Shown: positions 49,006-58,728 of the stretch, in pieces
How the letters are laid out: every line of letters begins with the position of its first letter
Numbering within the stretch: the stretch's first letter is position 1
Source: Chloroflexota bacterium
GTDB lineage: Bacteria > Chloroflexota > UBA11872 > VXOZ01
Length of the DNA stretch: 64,000 nt
Assembly: GCA_964291655.2 (NCBI GenBank)
Contig: OZ219802.1
Location: 1,024,001-1,088,000, forward strand
Direction of reading: 5' to 3'
The notes under the pieces: generated by a model
Database searches by the model: none
The model's input: the letters and a program-made list of their open reading frames with translations, nothing else
Told to the model about the DNA's origin: nothing
Made by a program: the position numbers and the translations under genes

Positions 49006-50337
49006 TCACATAAATGCTCCCCAGGGGCGCTTGTCGAGCACCTGCCGGGCGAAGCGCAGGTAGTTGCCGCCGATGATCTTTTGGATTTCGTCGTCGGAGT
49101 GTCCCATGCAGACGAGCCCCACGGTCCAATAGGGCCAGTTTGTCCAGTCGAGCGCGCCGGGTTGCCAGCCGGGGAAGAAGGTACGGTCCGTGCCGACGCC
49201 GACGTAGTCAATGCCGGCTACCTTGATCGCGTGCTCCAAATGACGGTACCAGGTGTGGAAGGATTCCGGCCCCGTACCGAGCACGTAGTCGATGGAGTAT
49301 ATCGCGACTAGCCCGCCCTTCGCGGCCACGGCTTTGAGCATGGCGTCGTCCGCATTGCGGCTGACCGGTCTCGTCGGCGGCGTGGCGCCGCGCGCATACG
49401 GCTGCTGGAACACCTTTTTCAGATAGCCTCGGTTCGTAGAGTCATCGTAGACTGCCCGGCAGCCCGTGTGGCTAAGCATCACCGGTTCGGTAGAAGCCGC
49501 GATGATGTCATATGACGACTGTTCGCCGCTATGGGCCAGGTCCACCATGATGCCGAGTTTGTTCATGCGCCGGACCACCTGCGTGCCAAGCGGCGTCAGG
49601 CCGGTATCGCGCTCCTGCAGGTACGAACTGCAGAGGCCGTTGGCCTGGATGTACGTCATCTGTGACATGCGCACACCCAGCGCGTAGAAGAGGTCCAGGT
49701 TTCGCAGGGGGTCTGAGGTTTCCGCGAAGCAACCGACGCCAGCGAGATGAAACATCACACCCGGCTTGCCGCTGCGGCGCCCCCGCTCGATGTCGTCGAC
49801 CTTGGTAACACGCATTAGGTCATCGCGCCGGTCGTAGACGAAGTTGATGCGCGACAGGCGATCCAAGGCCGCTTCGTACGTATTTTCCTCGGGACCGGCA
49901 ACGTCAGAGACACCCAGGTCTACTCCGGCGATTGAGTAAAGCGCTCTAGACTCCTCAATCCACTGCTCGTCGAACGCCGACTCGAACGACTTCCGTTTGA
50001 AGTGGCTGGCGTGCAGGCGACGGTTGAGTTCCTCCGGATCCAGGCATTGCTGGGATAGTTCCTCGCGAAATAGCTCCAGGTCCTGCCGCAGCCGGTCGCC
50101 TACAATGCCGTGCGTCGAGCTCATCTGCACCGACCCCTGCACGTCAGCCACGAAGCTGTTGTAATGCAGTTCCAGGCCGCGTTCGATTTGCGCGTTGGTG
50201 GGTTTTAGTTCATCCAGAATGACCTGGTGTCCCGCCCGTATGCGGTCCAAGGTTTCATGTCGCACGCGATAGTCGCGGGCTCGTTCTAGCGGCGCACTAC
50301 CGTTTGGTAGATTAGAGTCTGTCGTCTCAACATTCAT
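49006..50337 (-). CDS. Membrane dipeptidase (peptidase M19) family protein
   Basis: FYALGVRM, GLTPLG, MNKLGIMVDLAH, SHTG, GVGTD, IIGGNYLR. Confidence 0.88.
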   Translation of the reverse strand: MNVETTDSNLPNGSAPLERARDYRVRHETLDRIRAGHQVILDELKPTNAQIERGLELHYNSFVADVQGSVQMSSTHGIVGDRLRQDLELFREELSQQCLDPEELNRRLHASHFKRKSFESAFDEQWIEESRALYSIAGVDLGVSDVAGPEENTYEAALDRLSRINFVYDRRDDLMRVTKVDDIERGRRSGKPGVMFHLAGVGCFAETSDPLRNLDLFYALGVRMSQMTYIQANGLCSSYLQERDTGLTPLGTQVVRRMNKLGIMVDLAHSGEQSSYDIIAASTEPVMLSHTGCRAVYDDSTNRGYLKKVFQQPYARGATPPTRPVSRNADDAMLKAVAAKGGLVAIYSIDYVLGTGPESFHTWYRHLEHAIKVAGIDYVGVGTDRTFFPGWQPGALDWTNWPYWTVGLVCMGHSDDEIQKIIGGNYLRFARQVLDKRPWGAFM

Positions 50338-50772
50338 GAACGGCCCTCCGCTTGTGGGAAACCAGTCTACTCATGCAAATGAAAGCAAGGCTCGTACTAT
50401 CTCCGGCTCATCGCTATTCTAATGATAGTCCTCTCCCACCTGTTGCCAAGACCTTGCTACCCACCCTCCCAGCTAGACCAAGCACTATATCCACATCCCT
50501 CCGAGCCTCTTGCCGCAGTACCAACGCATAGTGGCTCGCCCAAAATCCGTCTAAACCTAGCATTCATGGCAAGTCTCCCTAGGATTCAACAGTAGACTCC
50601 CCGCTTTTCACCCAAATCTTGCAAATTGACGCACAGTAGGTCTAGAATTACTATCAAGCATTCTAAGAGAGTTGCGCACAAGCGGTTGAGGATTCCGCCA
50701 GGAGATGCGCTGTAATCTCCGTAGGATGCAATTGGATACACTTGTAGTTCTTTACCCAGGAGGGTGAACGAG

Positions 50773-52155
50773 ATGGCATCACTGTCCAGACGACATTTCC
50801 TCGGCACCGCTGCTCTGACCGGCGCGGGCGCACTGCTCGCCGCGTGCGGCGCGCAGGCAGGCACCGGGGCCATGGAGGAAGCAGCCGCGCCTGAGGACGA
50901 TGGCGATTCCGGCGAAATGATGATGGAGAAGTCGCCGGTCGTATTCTGGTACACCGGCATTGCTCCATGGAATTTCGATAACGAGGAGCTTCCCCAGCAG
51001 CTCCGCGCGGAATTTGACGAGACCACCAACTATACGCTCGTACCGCTCGTGCGCGGCAACGGCGGTTTCAATGATCTTCCCACCGTGGTGGCAGCCGGTG
51101 TCGCGCCGGACAACTCCAAAACGCAGTCCTACATCCAGCCCCAGTGGGGTCTGATTGAGCTCGTGCGTCCGATGGACGCCTACATCGCTGCCTCGGCCAA
51201 CGTGTCATTGGACGACCTTTGGCCGGGCAAGTACGAGGCCATGCAGTGGGCGGGCAAGACCTACGGCATCAGCTATAGCATCGACGCCCGCATCATCTAT
51301 CTGAACGTGGACCACTCGCTGGAAGCCGGCCTTGATCCCGAAACTCCGCCGGCCTCCCGCGATGAGATGGACGAAGCACTGCTCAAGGTGCACAAGACCG
51401 ACGGCGACAACATTGTCCGGCTCGGTTGGGACCCGTTCCGCGGCTCCGGCGGCATCCACACCTGGATGGCCGGCTACTGGCAGCAGGGCGGCGAGATGCT
51501 CAGCCCGGATCGTACGAAGATCCAGGTTAACAACGATCTCGCCATCAACACCGTTACCTGGCTCAAGAAAGTCCTGGACGGCCAGGGCGGCTACGACAAG
51601 GTCCGCGAGTTCCACGGTACGTTCGAGAATCGCTTGCAGGAGTACGGCAGCGGCGGCAATACGTATATGTACCTGACCAACGCTACCCGTACCTCCATGG
51701 CGCCGTACGCCGAAGGCCTCAACTACGACTTTGGACCATATCCGGCGCTGGATCCCAGCACCGCCCTGCCGGCCACTTACTCCGGCGACTGGGCGTTCTG
51801 CCTACCCAACGGCAGCAGCAACCCCGACGGCGGCTTTGCCTGGGCTGACTTCATGTACGGCGCCGAGGTGAACCTCCGCTGGTCGATTGCCATGGACCGC
51901 ATTCCGGTGCGTCAGAGCGTTGCCCAAAGCGACGCATACATTGGCGATGACAAGCTGCGCAAGCTCGCCATCGATGAGATGGTTGGCGCGCGCTTTGTCG
52001 TGAGTGTGCCCGGCGCGGGGGACATCCTCCCGATTACGAGCAGAAACCTGCAGTCAATCATGCGCAATGAGGTCACGGTTGCCGAAGGTATGCGCAACTT
52101 CGAGGAGCAAGCCCAGACGGCGATGGACGAATTCATCGCAGAGTTTGGTGGATAG
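50773..52155 (+). CDS. ABC sugar-type solute-binding protein, Tat lipoprotein
   Basis: LSRRHFLG, LAAC, GKTYGIS, EAGLDPETPP. Confidence 0.9.
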   Translation: MASLSRRHFLGTAALTGAGALLAACGAQAGTGAMEEAAAPEDDGDSGEMMMEKSPVVFWYTGIAPWNFDNEELPQQLRAEFDETTNYTLVPLVRGNGGFNDLPTVVAAGVAPDNSKTQSYIQPQWGLIELVRPMDAYIAASANVSLDDLWPGKYEAMQWAGKTYGISYSIDARIIYLNVDHSLEAGLDPETPPASRDEMDEALLKVHKTDGDNIVRLGWDPFRGSGGIHTWMAGYWQQGGEMLSPDRTKIQVNNDLAINTVTWLKKVLDGQGGYDKVREFHGTFENRLQEYGSGGNTYMYLTNATRTSMAPYAEGLNYDFGPYPALDPSTALPATYSGDWAFCLPNGSSNPDGGFAWADFMYGAEVNLRWSIAMDRIPVRQSVAQSDAYIGDDKLRKLAIDEMVGARFVVSVPGAGDILPITSRNLQSIMRNEVTVAEGMRNFEEQAQTAMDEFIAEFGG

Positions 52156-52532
52156 TCACAGACAGGTGAACGTGAGGATTGCGCTTCAGTAAGTATGTCG
52201 CGCGAATTTTCGCAACGCCGATAGAAGTCTGACGAAAACTAGCGTGTCTACGGGTCCTCAGGGCCCGGAGGCGCGCTAGTTTCACTTTCAAGCTCAAATC
52301 TACCAAAGCCAGGTCACGTAGCCGGGTGTAGAGGCACGACATGTCGTGCCTCTATCAGATGTGTGAGATTACTCAATTCTCATCCTGCTGCGACTAAGAG
52401 CAGCTCTCGTAGTCAGAACATATGCCGAATTGCGATCTCGCCTCCGCAAAACACGCAACTCCGGACGCACGAGATTGCCCAAGGCGGTATGCTAGAAGCG
52501 CAAGTATATCGAACAGTGCAGGAGCCAAGAAT

Positions 52533-53495
52533 ATGGAATATCGCAACCTGGGTCGTGCCGGTGTCAAGGTCTCGCCGCTTTGGTTGGGGACCGCCTATTT
52601 CAACACGCGCATAGATGAGGAGGCCGCGACCGAACTCATTCATGCCGCGCTCGATGCCGGCATCAACGTCATAGACACGGCGAATGCCTACTCGGAACCC
52701 CGCGGCTACGCTGAGACTATCGTGGGTCGCGCGATTAAAGACCGCCGGGACAAGGTGGTGCTGGCGACAAAGGTCTTTCACCCTATGGGCGACGGCCCCA
52801 ATGACCGCGGCTCCAGCCGCTACCACATCATGGAGCAGGTGCACGCCAGCCTGCGGCGGTTGGATACCGACCGTATCGACCTCTACCAACTGCACCGCCC
52901 CGATCCTGAAGTGCCGATCGAGGAAACCCTCCGCACTCTGGAAGACCTGCGGCGTCAGGGCAAGATCCTCTACTTCGGCACTTCGAAGTTTGCCGGCTGG
53001 CAGCTCTGCGAGGCCCTCTGGACCTCCGATAGGCTCGGCCTTGCCCCTACCGTCTCCGAGCAACCGGAATACAGCTTGGTAAATCGTTCCATTGAGGCGG
53101 AAGTGCTGCCGGTGACGCGCAAGTACGGCCTCGGCGTCGTGCCGTACAGCCCATTGGGGGGCGGCTGGCTCACTGGCAAGTACCGGCGCGGCGATAGTGC
53201 TCCCGCCGACTCGCGGTTCGCTGGACGCGGCATGGATTTCGCAGGCGATACCTACGCGCCGACCTTCGACGCGCTTGAGCATCTGGAGGAGCTGGCCGCT
53301 GGCAAGAGCATCACGCTGAGCCAGTTGGCCCTTGCCTGGCTCTTGGCGCAACCAGGTGTTACGGCGCCCATCATCGGGCCGCGTACCCCGCATCAACTGC
53401 AGGACAACCTGGGCGCTCTTGAGGTCACGCTGTCGGATGGTGAGCTCGCCGCTGTTGACGATATTGTGCCGCCGGCGTCCGTCCTCCCAGGATGA
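52533..53495 (+). CDS. Aldo/keto reductase
   Basis: IDTANAY, LATK, SLRRLDTDRIDLYQLH, YSPLGGGWLTGKY, PIIGPRT. Confidence 0.95.
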   Translation: MEYRNLGRAGVKVSPLWLGTAYFNTRIDEEAATELIHAALDAGINVIDTANAYSEPRGYAETIVGRAIKDRRDKVVLATKVFHPMGDGPNDRGSSRYHIMEQVHASLRRLDTDRIDLYQLHRPDPEVPIEETLRTLEDLRRQGKILYFGTSKFAGWQLCEALWTSDRLGLAPTVSEQPEYSLVNRSIEAEVLPVTRKYGLGVVPYSPLGGGWLTGKYRRGDSAPADSRFAGRGMDFAGDTYAPTFDALEHLEELAAGKSITLSQLALAWLLAQPGVTAPIIGPRTPHQLQDNLGALEVTLSDGELAAVDDIVPPASVLPG

Positions 53496-53563
53496 CCAGG
53501 GCCACCCTCCTCATGTCGCACGGCTTGCGGTCACTGCCAGTTCACTCTTGAGGGGCGCTGCCT

Positions 53564-54487
53564 GTGGCATCACGTGAAAGCGCGGAGCGCGCCGCCCGAC
53601 GGATTAAGGCCAGCGTGGAACCGGAAGCTGCCGCCGGCGGTTATATGGACCATGAACCGGGCGATCCCTTAGTCCGCGTGACGCGGCACGAGATCGCAGA
53701 CTCCCTGCGTGCAGCGGGCCTGAGCGCGGGCGAGACAGTTCTGTTCCATAGCTCTCTGAGCAGTATGGGCACCGTGGTCGGCGGCGCGGATGCGGTCATC
53801 GACGGCTTCCTGGACGCGGTGGGGCCTGCAGGCACCGTCGCTGTGCCGACATTGAGTTCATGGCGAGAACTGCATGAGAAGCGCCGGGTATGGGATCTGT
53901 GGAGCATCGCGGATACGCCCACCTATTGCGGACTGATTCCGGAATCTTTCCGGAGACGTTCGGAAGCCCAACGCAGCAACCACTATACCCACTCGGTAAG
54001 CGCGATCGGCCCGCGGGCTGAGGAGCTCACCGCAGACCACGGCCGGTCCGGCCTGCGCGAGAGTCCCTGGGGGCCAGGCGCATTCGCCGTGCAGAGTCCC
54101 TGGCAGCGGTTCTACGATTGGAATGTCTTCTACTGCCTCATTGGCGTGAACTGCCAACGCCTCACCATGGTGCACTTTGTCGAGACGCACTTAGTGCACC
54201 GGGCGCTGACGCGCGCTGCTCCTAACCGCCGCAAGGCGTTGCTCGCACAGGTGCGCGGCTGGACAAGCAACGGCATCTGGGCCGGTATCGGCACCGACAA
54301 ACGCCTGGTCGCGGAAGAGATCTTCGCGGAGAAGGGACTGCTAGAGTACGGGGCAATTGGCTCCGCGCGCCTGCGCTACATGCGTATTCAGCCGGTCGTG
54401 GATGCCTGGATCGCACTGGCGGAAGCAGACCCGGCCTACTGGTGCTCGGAGGATTTTGTGCGCTGGCTGGAACACACCGGATCCTAA
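53564..54487 (+). CDS. AAC(3)-family N-acetyltransferase (YokD-like)
   Basis: VLFHSSLSSMG, GTVAVPT, GLIPESFR, RSNHYTHSVSAIG, TMVHFVE. Confidence 0.88.
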   Translation: MASRESAERAARRIKASVEPEAAAGGYMDHEPGDPLVRVTRHEIADSLRAAGLSAGETVLFHSSLSSMGTVVGGADAVIDGFLDAVGPAGTVAVPTLSSWRELHEKRRVWDLWSIADTPTYCGLIPESFRRRSEAQRSNHYTHSVSAIGPRAEELTADHGRSGLRESPWGPGAFAVQSPWQRFYDWNVFYCLIGVNCQRLTMVHFVETHLVHRALTRAAPNRRKALLAQVRGWTSNGIWAGIGTDKRLVAEEIFAEKGLLEYGAIGSARLRYMRIQPVVDAWIALAEADPAYWCSEDFVRWLEHTGS

Positions 54488-54683
54488 ATCGCCCCAAAGC
54501 GACCAGAATCCCTATTGGATTCTCTCGTCCGCACGTCTAGCTTCTCAATCTGCTAAGTACCCTCGCGCTCTGCCACCTGCGGCTGCAGCCTAGCTACTGG
54601 TAGTATTCAAGAGTGCTCCGAGTAGTTGCGCGTTTCCACTGCGCAAGCAGGATTGCCATAGGGAGTGCAGACACCCTCACTCC

Positions 54684-54751
54684 GTCATACCGGCAAAAGA
54701 CTGTATCCAACTTTGCCCCGCCCACTGGACTCCGGCTTCCGCCGGAGTGAC
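54684..54751. repeat. Inverted pair of GTCATTCC-type REPs (family also at 8105, 34994, 38328, 43540, 55722, 55803, 57078)
   Basis: GTCATACCGGCAAAAGACTGTATCCA ... TGGACTCCGGCTTCCGCCGGAGTGAC. Confidence 0.75.
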
Positions 54752-54861
54752 GGACGGCCCTCTTCTCGATTCCAACGCAAGTTCCATAGGGTGAGCAATA
54801 CCACCGCGATAGGTATTGGTGGTAGTACCTGACAAAATGCGCTCACGCCTCTCAGTGGGGC

Positions 54862-55671
54862 TCAGGTCCCACCCAAAGCACCAAGGAACGCATCCGACGT
54901 AATCGTCCCCGCCACATCGCGCAGTTCGAACTGGTGGATCATGACGCTGGTGGCCGCACGCAGTGGATACGTGTCGCTCGCCTCGACGCCGGTGGTGGCG
55001 TCACGGAGGAGCACCAGGGCGTAGCCGCGCTCGCGCATAGCACGCATGCCGTAGTCCCTGTCCGGCACACAGATGTTGGTAGCAAAGCCAACGTAGAAGA
55101 GGTAAAGAATGCCGCGCTCGCGGCAAAGCCGGTGGAGCTGGTCGCCGGTGGCGATTACGTGGTCGCCCGTCTGCGGCAACACCGCCGAATGAATGGAACG
55201 GTCGCGGTCGATACGGTCAAGTTGCTCCTGGTGCAGGCCGCTGCGCCGGGCTTGCAGGTGCGCCCATTCACCTTGACGTAGTGCGAAGTCTTCCGGCGGC
55301 CAGTCCTGCCTGCCCAACCCTATCTGCGCTTCCTCGTCTGCCGCGTCCGCCGGCCAGAATTGCCGAAACTTGTCGGCCACTGGTGGTGACGGGGCATGGA
55401 CAACCGTAATGCCGTTCGACCGGCACGCTTCCAGCACCGGCCTAATCGTGTCCTCGCAAATGCGCCCGGCGCGTTCTTGAAAGCTCTCTACAATGATCTG
55501 GTCCCAACAGTCCACGAGCACCAGTGCTGCCTGCTCCAGGGGAATGCTGACGGGCAGGTGCACATAGCCGAAGTGCTCCTCCCGGTACGGCAGATGCGGC
55601 GGGTTCGGCTCGTGGACGATGTGACGCACCGTGAGTTGCAATGGCATCGATGGACGCTCTTTCATTGTCAA
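54862..55671 (-). CDS. Isochorismatase/cysteine hydrolase family protein
   Basis: ALVLVDCW, VVHAPS, GFATNICV, LLRDAT. Confidence 0.85.
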   Translation of the reverse strand: MTMKERPSMPLQLTVRHIVHEPNPPHLPYREEHFGYVHLPVSIPLEQAALVLVDCWDQIIVESFQERAGRICEDTIRPVLEACRSNGITVVHAPSPPVADKFRQFWPADAADEEAQIGLGRQDWPPEDFALRQGEWAHLQARRSGLHQEQLDRIDRDRSIHSAVLPQTGDHVIATGDQLHRLCRERGILYLFYVGFATNICVPDRDYGMRAMRERGYALVLLRDATTGVEASDTYPLRAATSVMIHQFELRDVAGTITSDAFLGALGGT

Positions 55672-55940
55672 CCAAGTCTCTTTGTTGAGCAGCGTGCGCG
55701 GCAGGAAAGCAATCCGGTTCCGTCATTCCGGCGAAAGCCGGAATCCAGATGCTCGGAGTATTCAAATTACTCTCGCGCGGCATTCCTGCGAGACTCTGAT
55801 CCGTCTTTCCCGCGCACGCGGGAATCCATCTTCCTCCGCGACTCTGGCGTCAACCCAGCCACACCGCCACGAGACTCCTCTCCCACGCCACTCCCGGGCT
55901 TCCGGCCTGCGCCGGAGTGCGGGACAGACACCCTTCGCTC

Positions 55941-56921
55941 TTAGAAGGGCACGTCCACGCCCAACTCTTGACCCAGTTCCCGCAAAGCATCCCCGTGCTC
56001 TGGACCCACGGGCACGCCCTCTTTGCGCCACAGCCGCTCGCGCTTGGCCTCCATGCCGCCGCCAACTTCTACGTCTGACTGGTTGGTAATTGGTGCAAGC
56101 TGACGCACCTGGCGGATGTAGTCGTCAATCTCACGTTTGAACTGATCGAGCGGCATGTAGTGGGAGACGTCGTGGGCGGTCATAAACGATCCTTGGTTCG
56201 CGCCCCGCCATTCCCGCTGCACGCGCTCCGGCGCTGAGGGCACACCGCACAAGAATCCGCCGAGAATTTGGCAAAACGAGCCAAGACCAATACTGCGGTA
56301 GGTGGCACTGGGCGCCAGCATTTCTATGGCCTTGACGTGTGGCTCTCCATCGTAGAGATCGTGAACGGCGCCAAAGTCGATCACAACGGGCGGCTCCGCG
56401 CCGCCGGGAGCGGCAAAACTCATCGGCGAGCCACCGGCAGCGTGACGGTGCGGTGCGCCCGGCTTCATTTGCAGTTGCGCGCCGGAGGTCACATAGGCTA
56501 TCAGGTCCGCGTTCACAATCACCCGCGACCACAGTCCCGCCGCGCCAAAGTGTCCATGGTTGCGGGTAATCACGTTGGCCACGCCATGCTCTTTCGCCTT
56601 TTGCACAGCTAAGTTGGCCGCCGTGAATGACGGAAAGTACCCCAGGCCCCCATCACCGTCAACGGTTGCCGTCACCGCGGTTTCGTTCACTACCTGCACG
56701 TTGGGCGTTACGTTGAGGTCCCTTCTTTGAAAGTGTCCCACATAGGCAATAGTCTGGCGCGTGCCGTGACTGAACACGCCGCGCAGATCGTTGGCGGTCA
56801 GCCACCCGGCCATCTGCCCCGCATGCTCGTCCGACATGCCGACCGCGCGAAAGCAGTCTTTCACGAAGGCCGCCATCGGCTCGGCTTGGACACGGATAAA
56901 GGATTCAGGCGGTGTATTCAT
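55941..56921 (-). CDS. Ldh_2 (malate/L-lactate/ureidoglycolate dehydrogenase) family oxidoreductase
   Basis: DLRGVFSHG, VDGDGGLG, RNHGHFGAAG, PMSFAAP. Confidence 0.9.
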   Translation of the reverse strand: MNTPPESFIRVQAEPMAAFVKDCFRAVGMSDEHAGQMAGWLTANDLRGVFSHGTRQTIAYVGHFQRRDLNVTPNVQVVNETAVTATVDGDGGLGYFPSFTAANLAVQKAKEHGVANVITRNHGHFGAAGLWSRVIVNADLIAYVTSGAQLQMKPGAPHRHAAGGSPMSFAAPGGAEPPVVIDFGAVHDLYDGEPHVKAIEMLAPSATYRSIGLGSFCQILGGFLCGVPSAPERVQREWRGANQGSFMTAHDVSHYMPLDQFKREIDDYIRQVRQLAPITNQSDVEVGGGMEAKRERLWRKEGVPVGPEHGDALRELGQELGVDVPF

Positions 56922-57224
56922 TCGTGTCTCCTGGCAATTCCCCCACTTGAAGCGCTCGATTTGAATCCATGCGACAGCTCAGTCTCTTTCGAAAGTGGAA
57001 CCAAAAAATCCAAGCAAAGACCGGCCCATCCATTTGCTACTTCTACTTCAATCTCCTGCAGGTGGTGGGCCGTCACTGTCATTCCCAGCGGAGCGAGGAA
57101 TCTAGAGTCCTGGATGCAGGATATTCCTGGTTGCCATGCTCCTCGGATTGACTGCCGATCAGCAGCACTAGGGCTGGCCCCACAACCTAGCGCACGGGGC
57201 AAGAACCCTCTGTGCCAACGTAAC

Positions 57225-58387
57225 CTAAACCTTCACCGCCGCCAGCCGTTCCATCGCCTCCTGCAGCCGGTCAGTGGGACAGGCCAGGGAGATTCGGAAG
57301 TAGCCCTCGCCCGCATCGCCAAATCCGACGCCGGGGGTGATGACAAGACCGGCCTCGTCGAGCAAGCGCACAGAGAAATCGATGGCGGAGATGCCCTTGG
57401 GCGTCGGCGACCACACGTAGAGGCTGGCCTTGGGTTTCTGCGCGTTCAGGCCCATGCCCTCCAGAGCGTCCAAGATGAGGTCGCGGCGCTCCTGGTAGAT
57501 GGCGTTACGTTCGTCGATCCACGATTGCGGCGTCTCGTTCAGCGCCACCACGCCGGCCTCTTGCACTGCACGAAAGATGCCGGAGTCGATATTCGTCTTC
57601 ACCCGGCCGAGCGCCTCGATGATGTCCGTATTGCCCACCGCCATGCCGATGCGCCAGCCGGTCATGTTGTAGGTCTTGGAGAGCGAGTGGAATTCGATGC
57701 CCACGTCCATGGCGCCGTCCACTTCCAGGAAGCTCAACGGCTTGTAGCCGTCGAAGCAGACCTCCGTATAGGCCGCGTCGTGGGCGATGATGAGGTCGTG
57801 TTCCTTGCCGAACGCCACGCATTCCTCGAAGAACGAGCGGGGCGCGACCGCTGCCGTGGGATTATTCGGATAGCAAATCCAGAGCAGTTTGGCGCGCTTG
57901 ATCACGTCGCTCGGAATGGCGCGAGGTCGGGCAGGAAGTCGTTTTCCTCCCGCAGCGGCACGTAGTAGGTCTCGCCATCGGAGAACAGCGTGCCGGTGTG
58001 GTAGACCGGATAGCCGGGGTCGGTGGCCAGCACCACGTCGCCGGGGTCAACCACCGCCACGGGAAAGTGCGCAATGCCTTCTTTAGAGCCAATGAGCGAG
58101 ACCACCTGGGTCTCCGGGTCCAGCTTCACCCCAAACCGCTGCCCGTACCATGCCGCCACGGCTTCCCGAAACGCCGGCATGCCCTCGTATTCCGGGTATT
58201 GATGGGTGTAGGGCTTGGCCGCAGCCGCAGCCAGCGCATCGATGACGTGCTGCGGCGTGGGCAGATCGGGGTCGCCGATACCCAGCGAAATGACGTCCAC
58301 ACCCTCTTTCCGCTTGGCCGCAATGCGCCGGTCCACCTCGGCAAACAGATACGGCGGTAATTTAGCAATCCGATTCGCAAAGCGCAT
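57225..58387 (-). pseudogene. dapL: LL-diaminopimelate aminotransferase with a single 1-nt frameshift (true lesion or sequence error)
   Basis: [22 protein letters not shown] in 57902..58387; YPNNPT, HDAAY, EFHSLSKTYNMTGWRIG in 57225..57905; one base missing near 57921. Confidence 0.85.
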
Positions 58388-58728
58388 GAATGTTTCCTCT
58401 TTCGTGTACGCGCGTTCCTAGCCAATGTTAAAGGGAGAATTGGGCCTCCCCAAGTGCAAAACAGTTGCAGTATACGGTATCACGAAACGACAGAAAGGGT
58501 GTAGTTTCGATGCCGGCCGACTGCCTGCCAATTGGTTCAATGCTTGCGGCCTGCCTCCGGCCGGGCGCGCTACATCACTCAAGGTACGCAGTTTGTGCTT
58601 CGACCAGGCTTTGCGAAGCCCCCTCAGCACGAACGGACAAAAAATCTCGGACTCTGCCGAATGGATGTGCCACGGCATCTACTGGATGGGAACGCCACGG
58701 CCTTACGAGAAAAGAAACGCCCCGAACC

